From NCBI GenBank assembly GCA_020536535.1, contig JAHLWZ010000721.1:62001-126000 (forward strand): a stretch of 64,000 bases of DNA, in the 5' to 3' direction. The notes under the pieces were generated by a model. The model was given only the letters and a program-made list of their open reading frames with translations, did not search any database and had not been told where the DNA came from. A program made the position numbers and the translations under genes. The stretch is from Pelomyxa schiedti. Lineage: Eukaryota; Protista; Evosea. Positions 62,844 to 64,000 of this stretch are shown piece by piece (position 1 is the first letter of the stretch; each line of letters opens with the position of its first letter).

Positions 62844-64000
62844 CTACAATAGAACACAGCTGTCTGGGACGCCAGTAGAACAACTAGGAGGCATGTCAGT
62901 CTCAGTGTTCTTGAATAGTGGGGTTTTGTAGGTACCGAATACAACCACACTTACAGGAAGGCAGTAGGAAAGAGAGGAGTCCATGGGGTTTATGATGCGG
63001 AATCCCAACTGAGGGATGTCACGTGTAAACGGGCCGCGAAGCAGAAGGCAAGCCAGCATGAAGTTCCCTCCTTTGCAGTTTGCCTTCGAGGCAGCAGAGC
63101 TCAGGTAAAAGTACTCGCCGAGTACTCTGGGGGTCCACCCTTCTTCGCAAGTGTTCAGAATGGAATCCTCATCAGAGCCGTACCACGCAAAGAATGTGTT
63201 GTGCCGGTGCAGCCCTAGGTTCCCGCCAATGGCCTTGAGGAATTTCTCCATAGCGCGGCAGTTCCTCTCAAGCCCTGGGTTGTGTGCGATTTGTGTGATT
63301 GCGGGCATATCCAGAGACCAGTTGGTTCTTATCCAGCAGGTTGCTTCGGTGAACACTTTTTTGATTTCGGAATCGGTACTTGTAGTGTGTACTTGGGGTA
63401 ACGCGGGAATTATGTACTTGGCGTTTATCTCGTGTTCGGACATGTATTCCTGAAATTGCTGACAGGTCCGGCCCAAATGCAATGCGTTTGATGTGTTACA
63501 CATACCACAGACATCAACACCACAGCTGTCACAGGGATGATAGCTTCTGTTCTTATCCACGAAGCCTCTACATCCATTAGGGCAAGTCACAAAGTTGTGC
63601 ACAAAAAGCTGGAAATCCTCACAGGTTCGGCCAAAGTGACTAGGTTCTTCAACAGCCCTACAAACAGGGCACACACCTTTGCTGCATCCTTGACACTCTT
63701 GGTAAAAAGCATTCGCCGGTAGTATGGATCCACAACCTGTTGGGCACTCTATAATACCCGGAATTGGGCGTTCTTTTACGTAAGCTGCCACGCTACTCTC
63801 GCAAGCCTTTTTCCATGCTTCTTTTGACAGGGAATCGCGCAAGTCTCCCAACACAATAGGAGTCGCACATTGGGCACAACAAACTGGAATGTCTCCTGAT
63901 TGTGTCACTTGCTCCAAGCAGTCTGTGCAATAATAGTGACCACACATGCTTAAGGGTATACCACTCGCAGCGGAACACCCGGGGCCAACACAATGGGTAC
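62844..64000 (-). CDS. RBR (RING-IBR) E3 ligase-like protein with a C-terminal degenerate PARP-like domain (5' end outside the window)
   Basis: CGHYYCTDC..C..C RING; two IBR-like CP.GC..C..C...C..C..H...C units; FAWYGS..I..EGW..GEYF..MLACLLLRG. Confidence 0.75.
   Translation of the reverse strand, partial: THCVGPGCSAASGIPLSMCGHYYCTDCLEQVTQSGDIPVCCAQCATPIVLGDLRDSLSKEAWKKACESSVAAYVKERPIPGIIECPTGCGSILPANAFYQECQGCSKGVCPVCRAVEEPSHFGRTCEDFQLFVHNFVTCPNGCRGFVDKNRSYHPCDSCGVDVCGMCNTSNALHLGRTCQQFQEYMSEHEINAKYIIPALPQVHTTSTDSEIKKVFTEATCWIRTNWSLDMPAITQIAHNPGLERNCRAMEKFLKAIGGNLGLHRHNTFFAWYGSDEDSILNTCEEGWTPRVLGEYFYLSSAASKANCKGGNFMLACLLLRGPFTRDIPQLGFRIINPMDSSLSYCLPVSVVVFGTYKTPLFKNTETDMPPSCSTGVPDSCVLL

Noticed and set aside
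1-64000. Alternative genetic code or widespread pseudogenes suggested by fragmented ORFs
   Set aside because: In the genes traced, the breaks are explained by short GT-AG introns that restore the frame, except in the kinase near 55.1 kb.

Overview
Gene-dense, intron-rich eukaryotic DNA with about 23 genes, mostly short (~35-65 nt) GT-AG introns and tiny intergenic gaps. The content suggests an anaerobic protist, probably an archamoeba such as Pelomyxa; this is an inference from the [FeFe]-hydrogenase, the intron style and the 'HPRCG' hypothetical-protein family. All gene models were spliced by eye, so boundaries are approximate. The main finding is one spliced gene (6304-12649, +) that joins an [FeFe]-hydrogenase with all three H-cluster motifs to a flavodoxin domain, an FAD-binding domain lacking its NAD(P)H-binding partner, and a complete SOS-like RasGEF (REM+CDC25). 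It is a candidate H2/redox sensor wired to Ras signalling. Two further unusual architectures are (i) 13 exon-duplicated LRRs + SAM + a caspase-like C14 protease, resembling a one-component inflammasome, and (ii) a pseudo-Rho GTPase + Kelch + F-box + Hint (Vint-type) autoprocessing protein. Also present: a transmembrane cyclase with swapped catalytic half-sites, an intronless bacterial-like URO-D-family gene, an RBR ligase with a degenerate PARP-like domain, a MITE-like element, and a kinase disabled by a 49-bp inverted duplication. No rRNA, tRNA or CRISPR array was recognised.
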